Shown here: one piece after another, positions 38,048-51,488 of the stretch
Layout of the letters: the number at the start of each line of letters is the position of its first letter
Position numbering within the stretch: the first letter of the stretch is position 1
Source of the DNA: Lingula anatina
Taxonomy: Eukaryota > Animalia > Brachiopoda
Direction: 5' to 3'
Assembly: GCA_051362555.1 (NCBI GenBank)
Contig: CM120643.1
Coordinates: forward strand, 24,494,848 to 24,558,847
DNA length: 64,000 nt
The notes under the pieces: model-generated
Told to the model about the DNA's origin: nothing
The model's input: the letters and a program-made list of their open reading frames with translations, nothing else
Database searches by the model: none
Program-made: the position numbers and the translations under genes

Positions 38048-41000
38048 CAAAAATTTGTATTATTATTATCGTTAAGATATAGTTATTATTATTTTGAATA
38101 GCACTTTACCTAGTTTATTTAACTGTATTTGAGGCCTACAGGCCAAGTGTACATCAACTGAGTTCTATTTATAATAATACTGAGCTGACTAAACAGGAAT
38201 ATATATCATAAATGACACAAATCACACTAGTGGGCTTGATTTGGTCTTAAAGTGCAATTTAAGTTCACAAATAGTCTTACATGATCTTAAACCATGAGTA
38301 AGACCATTTCTAGTCTAACAGACAATTAAGTTGTCTCCCCTTACACGTTCTCCTATTGTGAGCAGAGGTGTTCTCTATTGTGAGGGGAGGTATCCCCCAT
38401 TGTGAGGGGAGGAAACTGCTTGACCACATAAGTACTTGTAGGTGTTAGATCATTTTTAATCTTAAAAGCAGATTCAGTGCATTTTAAGACTACTGCTGTA
38501 CTGATTAAGATCGTGTAAGATCACTTGTGAACTTAAATTGCACTTAAAGACCAAATCCAGCCCACTAGTGTCACTTATCTAAAAAAACATCTCTTAATTC
38601 CTCAGCATGATATATGAAGGCCGCAAGTCTTTTTATAAAGTCAACATTATGTGATGACAGAGCAGTCGCTAGTGACAATGTTGTAATCTCGGGAATATAG
38701 CGTTCCCTCAGATGGCTATATAAACTACATGACATTAACACGTTCCTCATTCTCAATAATTGTTATGCCATCAGAAAGGCATGCAGCACATACTCTATTT
38801 TCCCCATCTACACTGGCATACCGACCCTTCTCAATCTGTAAATTGTGGTTTGATATTCTGAACTTGCAGTAGGCCCTTCTATGCTCTGCTATGGACACAA
38901 AAGATAAGTATTCCTCAAATACCAAATCTAGTTTTTATGAGCTGAAGGTCCTTAGCTTGCCTGATTCGCGTACTGAGAAATACAAATTCTGCTTGCTTAT
39001 ATCCATTAATCATTGTCTAAACTGTTCTGTAAAAATATTAAGTCCCACATTTCCACATCCTTGGTTTTCCCATACTACTCCAAATCCATATGAATACGTA
39101 TAAAAGATGCTTGATGTCACTCGCCCATGTTTGCCTCCCACTACTATCTAAGTCAAATAGTAACTTGTAGCATGATTTCGGTAGCCTACCATCATCCATA
39201 CACAAAAGCTTGAACCAATACTTAATACATTTGACATGATAATCTATGTATAGAGGGTAACGACCACATTCCCCAAGAACTGCTTGTGTGCTTGCATTAT
39301 CCGATACCATCAATAATCTTTTACAAAACTTAACTTGAACATTCTCTATTGATTCGGATATTTCATTACCCCATATTTCTGCTCCATATGTAAGTATGGG
39401 TTTTATCATTGAATCAAATATCTTAAAACATAAGACGTGGGGCAAAGATCCCACATTTTTAAATAACCTGAAACATCTTCCATAGATTGCTTTGCTTGAG
39501 TTGATAAAGTTTGTTTTGCTTTGGACCAAGACAGCATTGGAGTAAACGTAATACCCAAGTACTTATAATGTGATACAGTCTCTAACTCCACACTGTCAAA
39601 AAACCATTTCTCGTAATGTCTAAGGTAACCACCATTTCTGAAAACTATTACTTCGGTTACATTCATTTTCCAGCGTTTACAGAACAACGCTAAGTAATCT
39701 GAGAGTCTTTGCAGATTTCACACAGTTACAGCACAGTTTGCTAAGTCATCTGCATATAAAAGCGAGGTAATGTTCATGAACTCCAGATTTATATAAATAC
39801 CTTGGCAGGAGAATTCTTCATAAAGATAAATGAGATCAGTTATGAATAAGCAAAACAAAAACTGGCTGACCATGCATCCTTGCCTGGTACCAACACTACC
39901 GGTACATGTACATGAGAACGTTGATGTGTAACTTGATGTGTTTGGTAGCCTTATACAAGCTTGCAATTGTGCATACATAGACTTGAGAACACTGAGCATT
40001 TTGCCATGGATACCGTTTGCACATATTTTAAACCAGAGGTACTGGTGATCCACGCAATCATCAAACATACAGTAAAATCTACCTCCCTTTTTCGACAAGT
40101 ATTTTTGTATCATTGCTTGTAATGAAAATATTTGGTCCTGTGTGCAATACCCTTTCCTAAAACCAGCCTGGCATTCACTGATAATATCCTCCCGAGTTGC
40201 CCAGGTATTTAATCTATTACTTAATAATTTAGTAAACACCTTGCCAACAACACTTAGTAATGATATGCCTCTGACGTTGTTTGGATCATTCGTGCTACTT
40301 TTTTATGCAAAGGAAAAATGATGGCAACCGACCACGATTCAGGGAACTGTCCAGTGGCAAGAACACAATTAAATATATCACTCAAACACTGAATGCACAC
40401 ATCATTTGCATTTTTTAAGAATTCACATGGAATGGCGTCCAGACCTGCCGCTTTACCATTCTTCATTTGTCTGATTACACTGCGAACTTCCTCAACTGTA
40501 ATCACTTTATTCAATTTATATGGTTTATTTTCGTCACAACAATCACAGTGTCCATTGTGCACTCTCAGACCTTCCATAACATCTTCATGAAAAACATCAT
40601 CTATAACTGTGTTACCACTATTCAATAACTCCTTAAAGTATTCATACCACTTCGTGGCAGAGATTTGTGTCTTTTGCGAGGTGTCCTAGATAACTGTGCC
40701 ACATTTGCCCAGAATGCCCTTGTATCATCTCAACTTTTAACAATTCTGCTTCTTGCCAGTTGCTGTTTGATATCCTTTTTTTTCACGACACGTCTGTCTG
40801 AACACTTTTTTTACTTTCTATGTAGTCTTTAACAGTTGGCGCCGTTGGGTTTTTACGCATTTGATTTAACTTTCGATTCTTTACAGTCTGCATCCCACCA
40901 ATCGGGTTGAGTTCTGTCCGCCTGTCGTCCGGTTTTGCCCTTAACCTTCATAGCTTCCGCAGCTCTGTAAAAGACTTGGTTAAGTAGCAATACAGACTCG

Positions 41001-44000
41001 TTTATGTTATTTTGCATTAAATCAGAACACTGTTGAAGCATGTCTTTAGATATATTGTCGTCAAGAATATCTCTAAACTGGCTGGCTTTTGCAGCGTCCC
41101 ATATAAACTGAAGCCCTTTTGTAACATTACTAGTCACGTTCTCATCCTCGTCCCCATCTGTGTGTGCCTCACATTGTATCACAAAAGACAAGGGGAAATG
41201 GTCCGAAAAGTCCATATCCAAAACATCAAAGTCAAGAATGCTATCAAATATCTCTGAGTCTGCTATCACATAGTCAACTAAACTTGCACCATTAATTGGT
41301 TGTAACATCGTTGTCAGTAATATAGTACAATAATATAGCACTTTACCTTTGTACAAAAGCTTTGAATGTGTTGAACAAGTTGTTCTGCCCCAACGTGTGT
41401 AAACTGCCCCACCATGGCTGGTATTGGCTGGTAGGCCTGAAAACACACGTGCATTAAACCTAGAGAAACATATTGGACTGGTAAACACTGCCTCACAATG
41501 GCTGATATTGCTCATACACCAGATACCATATGAAAACTTACACTTTCAGAACAGACACATTAATGATCAACTTACTAGTAATGTTGCACAATCTTTATCC
41601 AGTTAATAGCTGTCTTTTAACTAAAAAAAGTAAAACATTAAAAGAAATGGATAAAAACTGAAGACACTAATGAAGTCGTATCAATGCAGTAAAATTGTAG
41701 AATGTATTCCCAAACTAAAAGGAAGAGATTCATGTAGTTAAAGCACCAGACAAACCTGTAGGTGGCACCCCTATCTGAGCTCCAATTTGTCCCAGCATTT
41801 GTTTGAGGGTATCCAATGTTAGAGATCCTGGGTCCCCTTTAGGTCCAGGTGGTCCCTTAGAAAATTTAACAAAATATTAAAACTGATATTCAACAAAGGA
41901 ATAGGGATTATTACATATTAAGCATAAACTGATGCATTGTTGTATTATTTTATGAAATTGCTTTATACTCTAATTTTCAATTAAAAGTAAAAAATATAAA
42001 TAGTCAATCATAATTTTGAATTACAAAACCATTGAATATATACCAATCATGCAAGGTTTTACCTGCATTCCATCTCTACCATCTCTCCCAGGTAATCCAG
42101 GTGGTCCCTGAACGCTGCTCCTTGAGGAGTTGCCAACTGAAAAGTATATCTTTTGAATTCAGATAGATACCTTAGATAAAAACATTGTCTGTGTAGAATT
42201 AATGCATTTCATAACTGCATGCTTTGTACTGAGTACAGTCACCTTACCATTCATAAGGCATCTTCAGTCATCACTACTTTGGGCCAAACATAACCAAAAT
42301 CAATAATTGTATAATATTAAGTAGTACAGCTAAATTGAAATATGAATTAGCATTTCATTTTGCATCTGATAGTTTACTGTTACTACTAAGCAATTGTTCT
42401 TCATGCTATTTGTTATTTAAAATGAAAAGTATATTGTTAAGAAGGAAAAGGCAGGCATTTCATAAGACCTTATGTGGTAGCAAAATGTTTTCTGCTGTAA
42501 GCTACAATAAAGAGCTGAGCATCTCTACCATTACCTTGTAGTGGTGACTGATATCCAAGCAGTCCAATGATTTGCTTGAGACTGTCTACTGTTAAACCTG
42601 GGTTCTGTGGATTAATTTAAGATATTTGCGATAAAATGTGGTTAAGATTTCATATTTCATCATTTTACACAAGTTGAATGTTACAATTCAATAACATATA
42701 TATGTCAAAAAGTGTTTGTATATGATGTACGTGTACTTGTCGTCATTTCACTATCAATTCCAATTGAAATAAAGGTTTCTATGTCAAATTTCCACATCTT
42801 CATACTCTAGAAGCAATATTTTTTAAAAATTAAAAAATTAAAAAAATGTTTTATAATTAATTTATTAAAATAATATATATTATGGCATACGATTTTATTG
42901 TAGAAAGAAAAGTTATTCTAAAAGTCATCATGTTATAAATGAAGATATATAGAGTAAAATCACCTGAATTCCATCTTTCCCATCTTTCCCATCCTTGCCA
43001 TCCTTTCCATCTTTCCCCGGGGGTCCCTGGGGTCCTTGTAAACACGATGAACTCACCACTAAAACATAGGACACAGATGCTCAGTATAATACACTCTACT
43101 GTTATCTGTTACTTTAAATATTTTCTGGATTGTCCCATTGTGAATGCTGCACATTTTTGATAAACAATTTTCAGACATTGTGGGTGATTGGTTACCTCAA
43201 TAACAGTCTTGGTCAGATGAAAGGCTTCAATACACCTACTAGTTATTATATGTTGTGGTAGCATCTGTTAAATAAATTGGGGTTTTATGATTCCCCGTTA
43301 TCAGATTTGGGGTATATTCCTTTAATCCTGCAGTATTTTTATCAAGATTTATGATATTTGGTTTGTAACAATTTTGGCCAAAAAGTCCATTTAAGTATTA
43401 ACAAATAATGTTAGAGCTTACAGTTTCCTTGCTGCACTTGTCTCTTGGTAATGGAATGGTGAAAGTTTGTTGCATTTTGCTCAGGAACAGTGATAGTTTG
43501 GGCATCAAGCTTCAACTTGATTTTCTGAATATCTGACTAATTAAAAAGGTTTGATAAGACTTTTTAGTATCTATGCCATTTAAATATATGGAAATAATAG
43601 AATGTAGGCTGTTTAAGTTGTCAAAATTTTTTATTATTGACAAGAGTGAAGAGAGACAAGGGATAGCAGGAGCGGATTCAGGCCGTCTTTTGGGTCTTCC
43701 GGAAGACAGTCAGATTTTCAAGTTTACATTGACGGGTATCAATTTTTTTGTCAGAAGACGGTCAAAAATGGATGATGGATCAACAAAGTTAATTTGGAAG
43801 ACTGTCAGAAAAACATCTCTGGATCCGACCCTGGATATAACTTGGAAAATTCACAATCATACAATTAGGCAAGTTGTGAAGCACAAAATACCTTAAGTTG
43901 TTTGTTTTCCTGTTTTACTGCAGCAACCTCTGCCTCCAATCTTTTCAGGAATGTTATCTCTTGTTCTTGCTTGTCCAGTCTTTCAACCAGTTTCATCAAC

Positions 44001-44098
44001 ACATCATTATTGACATCAGCATGATGTTGTAAAGTTGATGCAGAGACAGTAGCAGCAAAAAGAGCAGTGAATACATGAAAATACATGATGTGCAGCAT
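37418..44098 (-). CDS. Short-chain collagen C4-like copy E, intact 8 exons
   Basis: Exons 43892-44098, 43422-43536, 42964-43058, 42535-42604, 42063-42136, 41756-41855, 41347-41436, 37418-37911; all GT-AG and in frame. Confidence 0.9.
37979..38044. repeat. (TA)n microsatellite in copy E intron 7
   Basis: Direct reading; the paralogous tract in copy G is at ~51440-51485. Confidence 0.95.
38112..41334 (-). mobile_element. 5'-truncated, frameshifted non-LTR retrotransposon (CR1/L2 group, Crack/Daphne-like)
   Basis: Endonuclease end GASLVDYVIAD...SDHFPL; RT motifs GKAAGLD, QAGFRKG, GTRQGC.VS, LLYADD, YKYLG; C-terminal FRISNHNLQIEKGR..C..C. 3' ggcctgtaggcc..aataaa; 14-bp TSD atagcactttacct at 38098-38111 and 41335-41348. 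Confidence 0.9.
38225..38570. mobile_element. CACTA/EnSpm-type MITE nested at the LINE stop codon
   Basis: Termini CACTAGTGGGCT...AGCCCACTAGTG, ~65-bp imperfect TIRs, 3-bp TSD tca. Confidence 0.8.
43666..43835. mobile_element. Small MITE (CAGG(A/G)GCGGAT termini); homologues are embedded in both HINE copies
   Basis: caggagcggattcag...ctggatccgaccctg; interior matches ~10662-10823 and ~47647-47812. Confidence 0.65.
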
Positions 44099-44255
44099 TT
44101 TGGGACAGTCAAGATTATGACTTGGGCGAAGCTTAGAAAAGCTCTTTTATCAATTGATTGGCCCTTAATTTATCAATTGGACTTGTCAAACACAGACAGT
44201 GTGGGGCTTAGTACCAATATTTGATTAATGATATTTATAGGTAGGCTGTTGTCTA

Positions 44256-47077
44256 TTTTTATGTACAGACACAGATGTGTCTGTACATATAGCCGTCATC
44301 TGCGTCTGTCATTGCCGTCGCCGTCGTCGCCGTCGTCGCCGTCGTTGCCACCGTCGCCGTGCACTTTTACCGATAACACGATAAGTGGAAAACTGTTTTT
44401 TCTTTTTGTTTGAAACTTACAGAACTGATGAATATTCATAATACGCAGGTCGAGTTCGAAAATCAGCATGATCGGGTCACTTATATGGAATTTATGCTGT
44501 TTTTTCACTTTTTTCAGCATATATGCAGCACTGATAACACGATAAGTGGAAAATCATTTTACCTTTTGGCTTGAAACTTACAGAACTGATGAATATACAT
44601 AATGCGGAGGTCAAGTTCGAAAATCAGCGTGATTGGGTCATTTTTAGGGAATTTAGGCTATTTTTTCTCTTTTTTCAGCATATGTGCAGCACTGATAACA
44701 CGATAAGTGGAAAACCATTTTACCTTTTGGCTTGAAACTTACAGAACTGATAAATATTCATAATACGCAGGTCAAGTTCGAAAATCAGCACGATCGGGTC
44801 ACTTATAGGGAATTTATGCTGTTTTTTCACTTTTTTCAGTATATATGCAACACTGATAACACAATATAAGAAAAATAGATTGGCCAATTGTCATTATACT
44901 CACAGGAGGGGCCAATCTTACTAAAACGCAGGTTGAGTTTGAAAATCAGCATAATCAGTTCATTATTTTAGAAGTTATGCTGTTTTTTCACATTTCCTCA
45001 CATTCAATTCTTAGGCATGTTAACAGTCTCATTATTGAACTAATAAGATACGTAAAAGTGTTTGTTTGACATTTCCTGCATCTTTACAATTGTTAGTTGA
45101 TTTTTTAAAAATGATGGTAAACTTGTTATCGTGTATTGTGTAATAAAGTGTCAAAAATGGAAATAAACTCATATCATTGCAGTTTGTCAGATGCATTCAT
45201 CCACTATGTTCAGAATCTCAGAATGGAGGAAGTTGGACATTTAACACTGTTCTATTGATACTTTTTCCATCTCATCAATTTTCTTCATTGGTCATATAAA
45301 AATGGCAGTAAACTGTTTATTTTGTTTTATGTTAAAAAAGTGTTAAAAATGGAAATAAACCCATTTCAGAACAGTGCTGTCTTGTTTACATTTTGGCATT
45401 TTCAATATGCGACTTTGAAGTTCCATTGGCCTGAAGACTTTTGCTTGTCACATTTTCTGAATAACCATGATACTAATATTTTATAATTAAAAATTGATGG
45501 TCATTATGCTGTAAAACATTATGTAATATTCCATCAAAATTTGAAGAAACCCCTATTTTGGGCACTGCTCCCATGATGACCATTTAAGGAAAATCATGTC
45601 ACTTACTGTTCTCAAACTTACAGGAAAGAAACATGGGACTAAAATACAGCTTCAGTAGGCAATGCAGTCTGTTTGGTAAATTTTTCTGGCAATTAAACAG
45701 TTTTTTGTGAAAATTTAATTTTTCACATATTGGTATTTCCAAGGTGTGACTTAGGCTTCGTTCACATGCAATGTCTATTTTCTAAATTCTATTTTCTATT
45801 TGCGGCATGTCTTATGATCACGGCCTGTGCCCTGGATATCCCGCCGCGTAATTACTGGCAGCGCGAGCCAGTTACTATAAGTTACTATAAGTAACTGGCT
45901 CGCGCTGCCAGTAATTACGCGGCGGGATATCCAGGGCACAGACCGTGATCATAAGATAGCGCAAATAGAAAATAGAATTTAGAAAATAGACATTGCATGT
46001 GAACGAAGCCTTAGAACCTCCACGGGCTTGAAGACCCATGCTAGTCACATTTTGTGAAAATCCATGACACTTATATTTTATTATTAAAAATCGATGGTCA
46101 TTATGCTGTTAAGCATTATGTAATGTTGCATCAAAATAGAAGAAAACACAATTTTTGGTGCTGCTGCCTTGATGACCATTATGGGAAAACCGTGTTACTT
46201 ATGACTGTCAAACTTTCAAAAAAGAAACACAGGACTAAAATGCAGCCTGAGTTAGAAAAGCAGTCTAATTGGCTTCTTTTTCTGGAAGTTATACATTTTA
46301 GTGTAATATTCATTATCTTTTTGGCATATTCATTGTGGGACTCGGAGCTCCCATGGACATGAAGCCAAATGGTAATCATATTTTCTACATGTCCATCCTA
46401 TTTATATTCAATAAACAAAAATTGGTGATAATTATTCTCTAATTTATTATGTAATGTTACATCAAAATTGACAACAATCTTTTTGCACTGCTACTGCAAA
46501 CATTATGAAAAGAAAACTGTGCCACTTATTATAATTTTAAACTTACAAATACGATTTTTAGGATTGGCCTTCAGCTCATGAGAAAACCAGCTCTATTGGA
46601 TTATCATGTTTATTGTATTTATGCATTTTTTGTGAAATTTTCATTTTTCTCATTCTGGCACTTTCTAAGTATAAACTTGAAATCTGATGGGCCTGGAGCC
46701 TTATGCTTTTACTTTCGTCTGTGTTACCTGTTGTGCATAAGTTGATGTTGACTGTGCAGTTAAACATAATGTATTATTGCATCAGGATTGGTAGTCTCCT
46801 ATTTTGGGCATTATGGTTTTGTGCTTTTCTTAAGGTGTGACTTATGGGCCTGAAGACCTTTGAGTGGGTCAGTCTGTAAATTACCCTTGGGTATCACTAG
46901 ATTAATTTCAGAGTTATAAAGTCATTTGCTTTAATAGGCCATTAAATGAGATTACGTAAAGCACACTTGTTGATATTTCCCTGTAAACTCCCAAAGGTAA
47001 AGCTCTCTGCTAGATTAATAATAAGGAAGCAGTGATAATTATGCAGGTAAATTTTGTTTAATATTGCAAATAAGTTT

Positions 47078-47132
<55 letters not shown>

Positions 47133-47975
47133 AACTGGAAGATTAAAAGTTTGAATAGCATCTTCATTGGAATTATATTTACCTCAAGCTCTGCCAAGGA
47201 GGTTATATTTTCATCCCTGTTTGTCTGTCATCCACATAACACAAAAAAGTTATGGACCGATTTTGCAGAAATTTTCAGGAACTGTCGGAAGTGGGCCAAA
47301 GAGGACAATGATTAATTTTTGGTGGTGGTCCGGATCAATAATCAATCAATTATCAATAATAATCAACAATTGCTGCCTTGGCAGAGGTCTGCACTCTCAA
47401 AGTGCTTTTCTAGTTTTGTTGTTTTCCTTTATAATTTTTTCTCAAACACTTGCATTTGTGACTTTTAACTCTCATCTGCCTGGGGCTCTGCACATTTTCT
47501 GTATTTCTACATAAGCAGTTGTATTGTTTTTTATGTCTTTAAACATTATGTAATATTATTTTATGCACTGTCATCATTTTTCAAATATTGAGACTTTCAT
47601 TATGTGAATTTGAACTCTCATGGTCCTGAAACTGTAATCTTATTGAAGGGGTGGATTGAGACCATCTTCTGGGTCTTCCGGAAGACAGTCAGGTTATTAA
47701 GTTTATATTGACTGGTATCTATTTTTTTCTGTTGGAAGACCATCAAAATGGAGGATAGATCAACATAGATACTTTGTAATACTGTCAGAAAATATCTCTG
47801 GGTCTGCTCCTGTTATTGACCATGTTACCTGTTGTGCAAGATTAAAATTCAGTGTTGACTGACAGTGCTATTATAAGCATTATTTATTATTGCATCAAAA
47901 TTGACAAAATGACCTTTTTTGCATCTTTATTTTCTGTTTTTTGTCTGTACGTTTGACAGCTTTGCTGCCTTGTTT
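44256..47975 (+). mobile_element. ~3.7-kb Helentron/HINE-type element, copy 2, ~160 bp upstream of the copy E start codon
   Basis: Same termini and interior as 7430-10988; four 161-bp units (44369, 44530, 44691, 44852). Flanks rejoin to match the copy A upstream region (gacacattcaatcac at ~20920 and ~48008). Confidence 0.85.
45754..46010. mobile_element. Almost fully palindromic Harbinger-type MITE nested in HINE copy 2
   Basis: tta|GGCTTCGTTCACATGCAATG...CATTGCATGTGAACGAAGCC|tta; ~120-bp arms; absent from HINE copy 1. Confidence 0.9.
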
Positions 47976-48549
47976 CTATTAATCTCTCTTGACAATCAGT
48001 AGACAGTGACACATTCAATCACGAACCCCTTACTCCTCAGTTCTCCTGAATTAAACTCTTTAAAGTAGATTACGTGGGCACCACCAGGTACTTTTTACTC
48101 AAGATTTGACAGTTCATTTATCTTTTCAATTTAATATAGCTTACCGATATCGTTCCGGTGCATAGAAGCACTTCATTTTGGTCCTTTAATATCAGATAAG
48201 ATTTGCATTTTGTCCCTTTTACATTTTGCCCAAGTTCCAACTCTTTTCCAGTGTATGTCATGCAACTGAACTCTCAGAAACAGTTTTTTCAGTTCCTACA
48301 CTATTTGCACTATTCATTTCTTAGTTTATTCCTGTATTAACTTACTGTTTTCTTCAAAATTTTTATTACAAATGTTTTTCTAGATGCAAAAGATAATGTT
48401 GTTTCAGCAAGCTTTGTAATTTAGCAATTGGAAACTTAGATAGAGTATGTTATTTTTCAAATATTCAAAAATTATTCTAAAAAATATTAAAATAATAGCA
48501 AGCAACATATATAGATGTCAGTGAAAAATCACATGGCTAGAAATTTAAC

Positions 48550-50101
48550 CCTGGGAGACCATCTCTGCCATCTTGTCCATTTTTTCATCTTTTCCTGGTG
48601 GACCTTGACGGCAACAATTACTGCCAACTGAAAGTGGAATTCCCAGTTGGTTCTGTTAAGGAAGTTCTTCAAATAATCTACCACAGCATCTAGAATGCAC
48701 GGCTGATTTCATTACGCCAAAGACACCTAACAGTTGTTCGTTTATGCCCCTTTTTTAAGAAAGTATTTAGCTTGTAAGTCACACAAGCCAAGCAACTAAA
48801 CTCCTACTTCACAAAAACTGTTGGGTTAGTGGCCAGTCACAAATCAGTTGCGATGCGTCGGGGATGGGTAAAACCCGGGAAATTTGAACAAAATCTTGAG
48901 ACAGATCTCACGATTTTGCACCCGTCGGAGGCGCTCTCCGGACGCCTGCGGGTTGTCGCAGATTTTTTCTACCACACCCGTCGCGGTCCCCAACTTTGAA
49001 CTTGAATTTTAAGATTGCTCGCAAGATTTTTCACCCATTTTGGGCATCCCAGACACAATCTCCGATGACCTACGATGCCCTCTGATTAATCGGAGGCGTC
49101 CTCCGAATAATCTGAGACTAGTACAGTACAGTGTACAGAGAGAAATACAGATGACCGAGGTCAGAAAACCCTCCTTTTCCCCCACATATACCCAGGGGGA
49201 AAAAATTACAAGAAAAGACGCTCGCAGATATCGTCTCCGATCGCCTCCGATGCAATCGTAGGCGATCGGAGGCTAATCCCACGATTTTTCGACAAAACCG
49301 GGTCAAAATCCTTGAAAAAATCTCAGACAATGTGACTGCTCCACTTTTATTAGGATTATTGCTAGGATTGTTCAAGGATTCTTTATTTTCTACGACGACC
49401 CCCGGCCAAAACTAATCCCCGACAGATCGCCGACATTGTGACTGGGCCATTAGGATGCAACATCTTACGTGACCCAAAAATAAATAGTATATTCACAGTT
49501 GTGAGGTACCTGTACGTCTTTTGGTTAAGTAATGGGTTCTGTTATCACCATCATTAAAGTATTGGGAGGTAGGGTTTTCAGCGTTTGACATCAGTTCTTG
49601 CATTTTACGGTTTATATTTCCTGTATATGGGCATAAATTCAGGTATTTTTATTAATGCTGTAGGTTATGAAATATTTAAAGATATTCATAAGCATCTGTT
49701 TTCAGACTCTACTATTTCTTATTTTATAATAAAATCTTAAATCTTTTGCTATTTTCAAATTTCTTTTATTCTGCAACTAAGATATCGTCTTGATTCAGAT
49801 TTTTTATTGCAATTCAATAATAAGAATATATATTATAAGAACATTTATAGTTCTAGTTCTGTTGCCTGCTTTTTCTAGTTCTCATTTTCTGTTTTGATTG
49901 TGAAAACATCTTCCAATTTCTTCAAGTTGGAAATTTCTGCTTTAGTTGGATTATCACTAGTTGTTGCCTGTCAAGTCTCTAAACCAGTTTCATCAGTGCA
50001 TCATCACTGACTTCAACATGGTGTTGTGCATTTGGTGTCAGTGCTGTCATAACGGCAGCAGTTACAATGAGAAACATGGTCTTCACCATGGTGTATGCCA
50101 T
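48550..50101 (-). pseudogene. Short-chain collagen C4-like copy F (D-type), truncated pseudogene
   Basis: Exon 1 MAYTMVKTMFLIV... with TAG at 49979-49981 and its donor deleted; exon 2 ~49497-49630; collagen exon ~48550-48627 (GSNCCRQGPPGKD..NGQDGRDGLP). No C4-domain exons remain. Confidence 0.85.
48829..49450. mobile_element. Non-autonomous DNA transposon (Harbinger-like) in copy F intron 2
   Basis: TIR tggcc(c)agtcacaa...gtcgggga, ttag on both flanks, GC-rich; absent from the homologous copy D intron. Confidence 0.75.
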
Positions 50102-50854
50102 TACAACGATTTGTATAAGTAATGTATCATCCTATTCTGGGTCCTTGACTTAAAGTTTAAATATGATATGTTTTTGTTTATATAAAGTGATATATACTGT
50201 ATGTATCAATTAGTTTGTTTGACACAATTTGATATAAGAGAGCTTTAACTATTTAAGGTGATCTTTTTTGTGTATATCTCTAATGAAGATATTATGTGTT
50301 GTGCACATTTAGTATAATGGTAAAAAATGACATGGAAAGGAACAGGAACGCTGTGCAGAAAAGAAAAAAATAAGCTCTTCACAGTTACTTTATTACTCTA
50401 TAGACACAAACAAACAGATCAAAAACATATAGTTATATTTGGAATCTTTATTTCAATTATCATGAATTAATATATCAAAAACCTAAACTAAATGTAGGTC
50501 ATTTAAACATTTTTAATTTACTAAATTGCTGTTGAAAATTAAATGGAAATTGCCTGTGACACAAAGCTGCCATTGAAGCAGTACTAGCCTAATAAAAATG
50601 TATCTTTTCATCAGCAATTTTACTGGTAGCTATATATTCTAGGAATTATCACATTTAAATTCAACATATCAGTGAGCTTTTACTTAGGTTATTATATTGA
50701 AAATTAGCACAGGCCAATTCTTGTCTTAGTCACAGCTGTGCCATTCATTCAGCGTATATATTTATTGTCACTGTTGAGTACAGACAACACAGTTCTGTCT
50801 AGTTTAAGGTCATCGTAAAGTCCCAATATTATGAACCATATTAAATCTTCTTCA

Positions 50855-51425
50855 CTATTTACTACAGACAACACAGGTCAGTTCTCTTCCATCCACATAT
50901 GGTGGGCAGGGAAGGGAACCACATTTAGCCTCAACAGGATATATCAAAGCACCGTCTTTGTTCTCATGGCCACCAGCCACCACTTCTGGAGCTTCATCAA
51001 GGCAGACAAACTCTGTTCTTGCATAGTCATCACGATTTGATACCAGGTATCCATTGTACTCTGTTGTCCACCCAGCTGGACATGTCTTCTTGGCTGGTAT
51101 CATCACATGACTAGGACGTGTTTGGGTGTAGCATACTGCACAGGGGGCATCATGGTTACGAAAATTCTGACCTCCTGTATTGGATGTTGAAAATATGTTC
51201 GGGTCAATTGTCTCATATTCCATACCATGTATAAAAGGACCTAACGCTTGCCCTCCAATTTGGTATTTCCCCCACTCTGGTGTTTGTGGCAAACACAAGT
51301 AATTACTGCCTCCTCCAGTTTTGTCATAGAAGGTTCCAGCAGATATCCCTGATATAAAAAAGCATAAAAATCCATTTATTTAAAATTTTTAACTTTAACA
51401 AGCATAGATGTCAAATTTAACATTT

Positions 51426-51488
<63 letters not shown>

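Noticed and set aside
40853-41515. 220-aa ORF as a standalone novel gene
   Set aside because: It is intron, copy E exon 7 and LINE endonuclease remnant joined in one frame; kept only as a possible read-through product.
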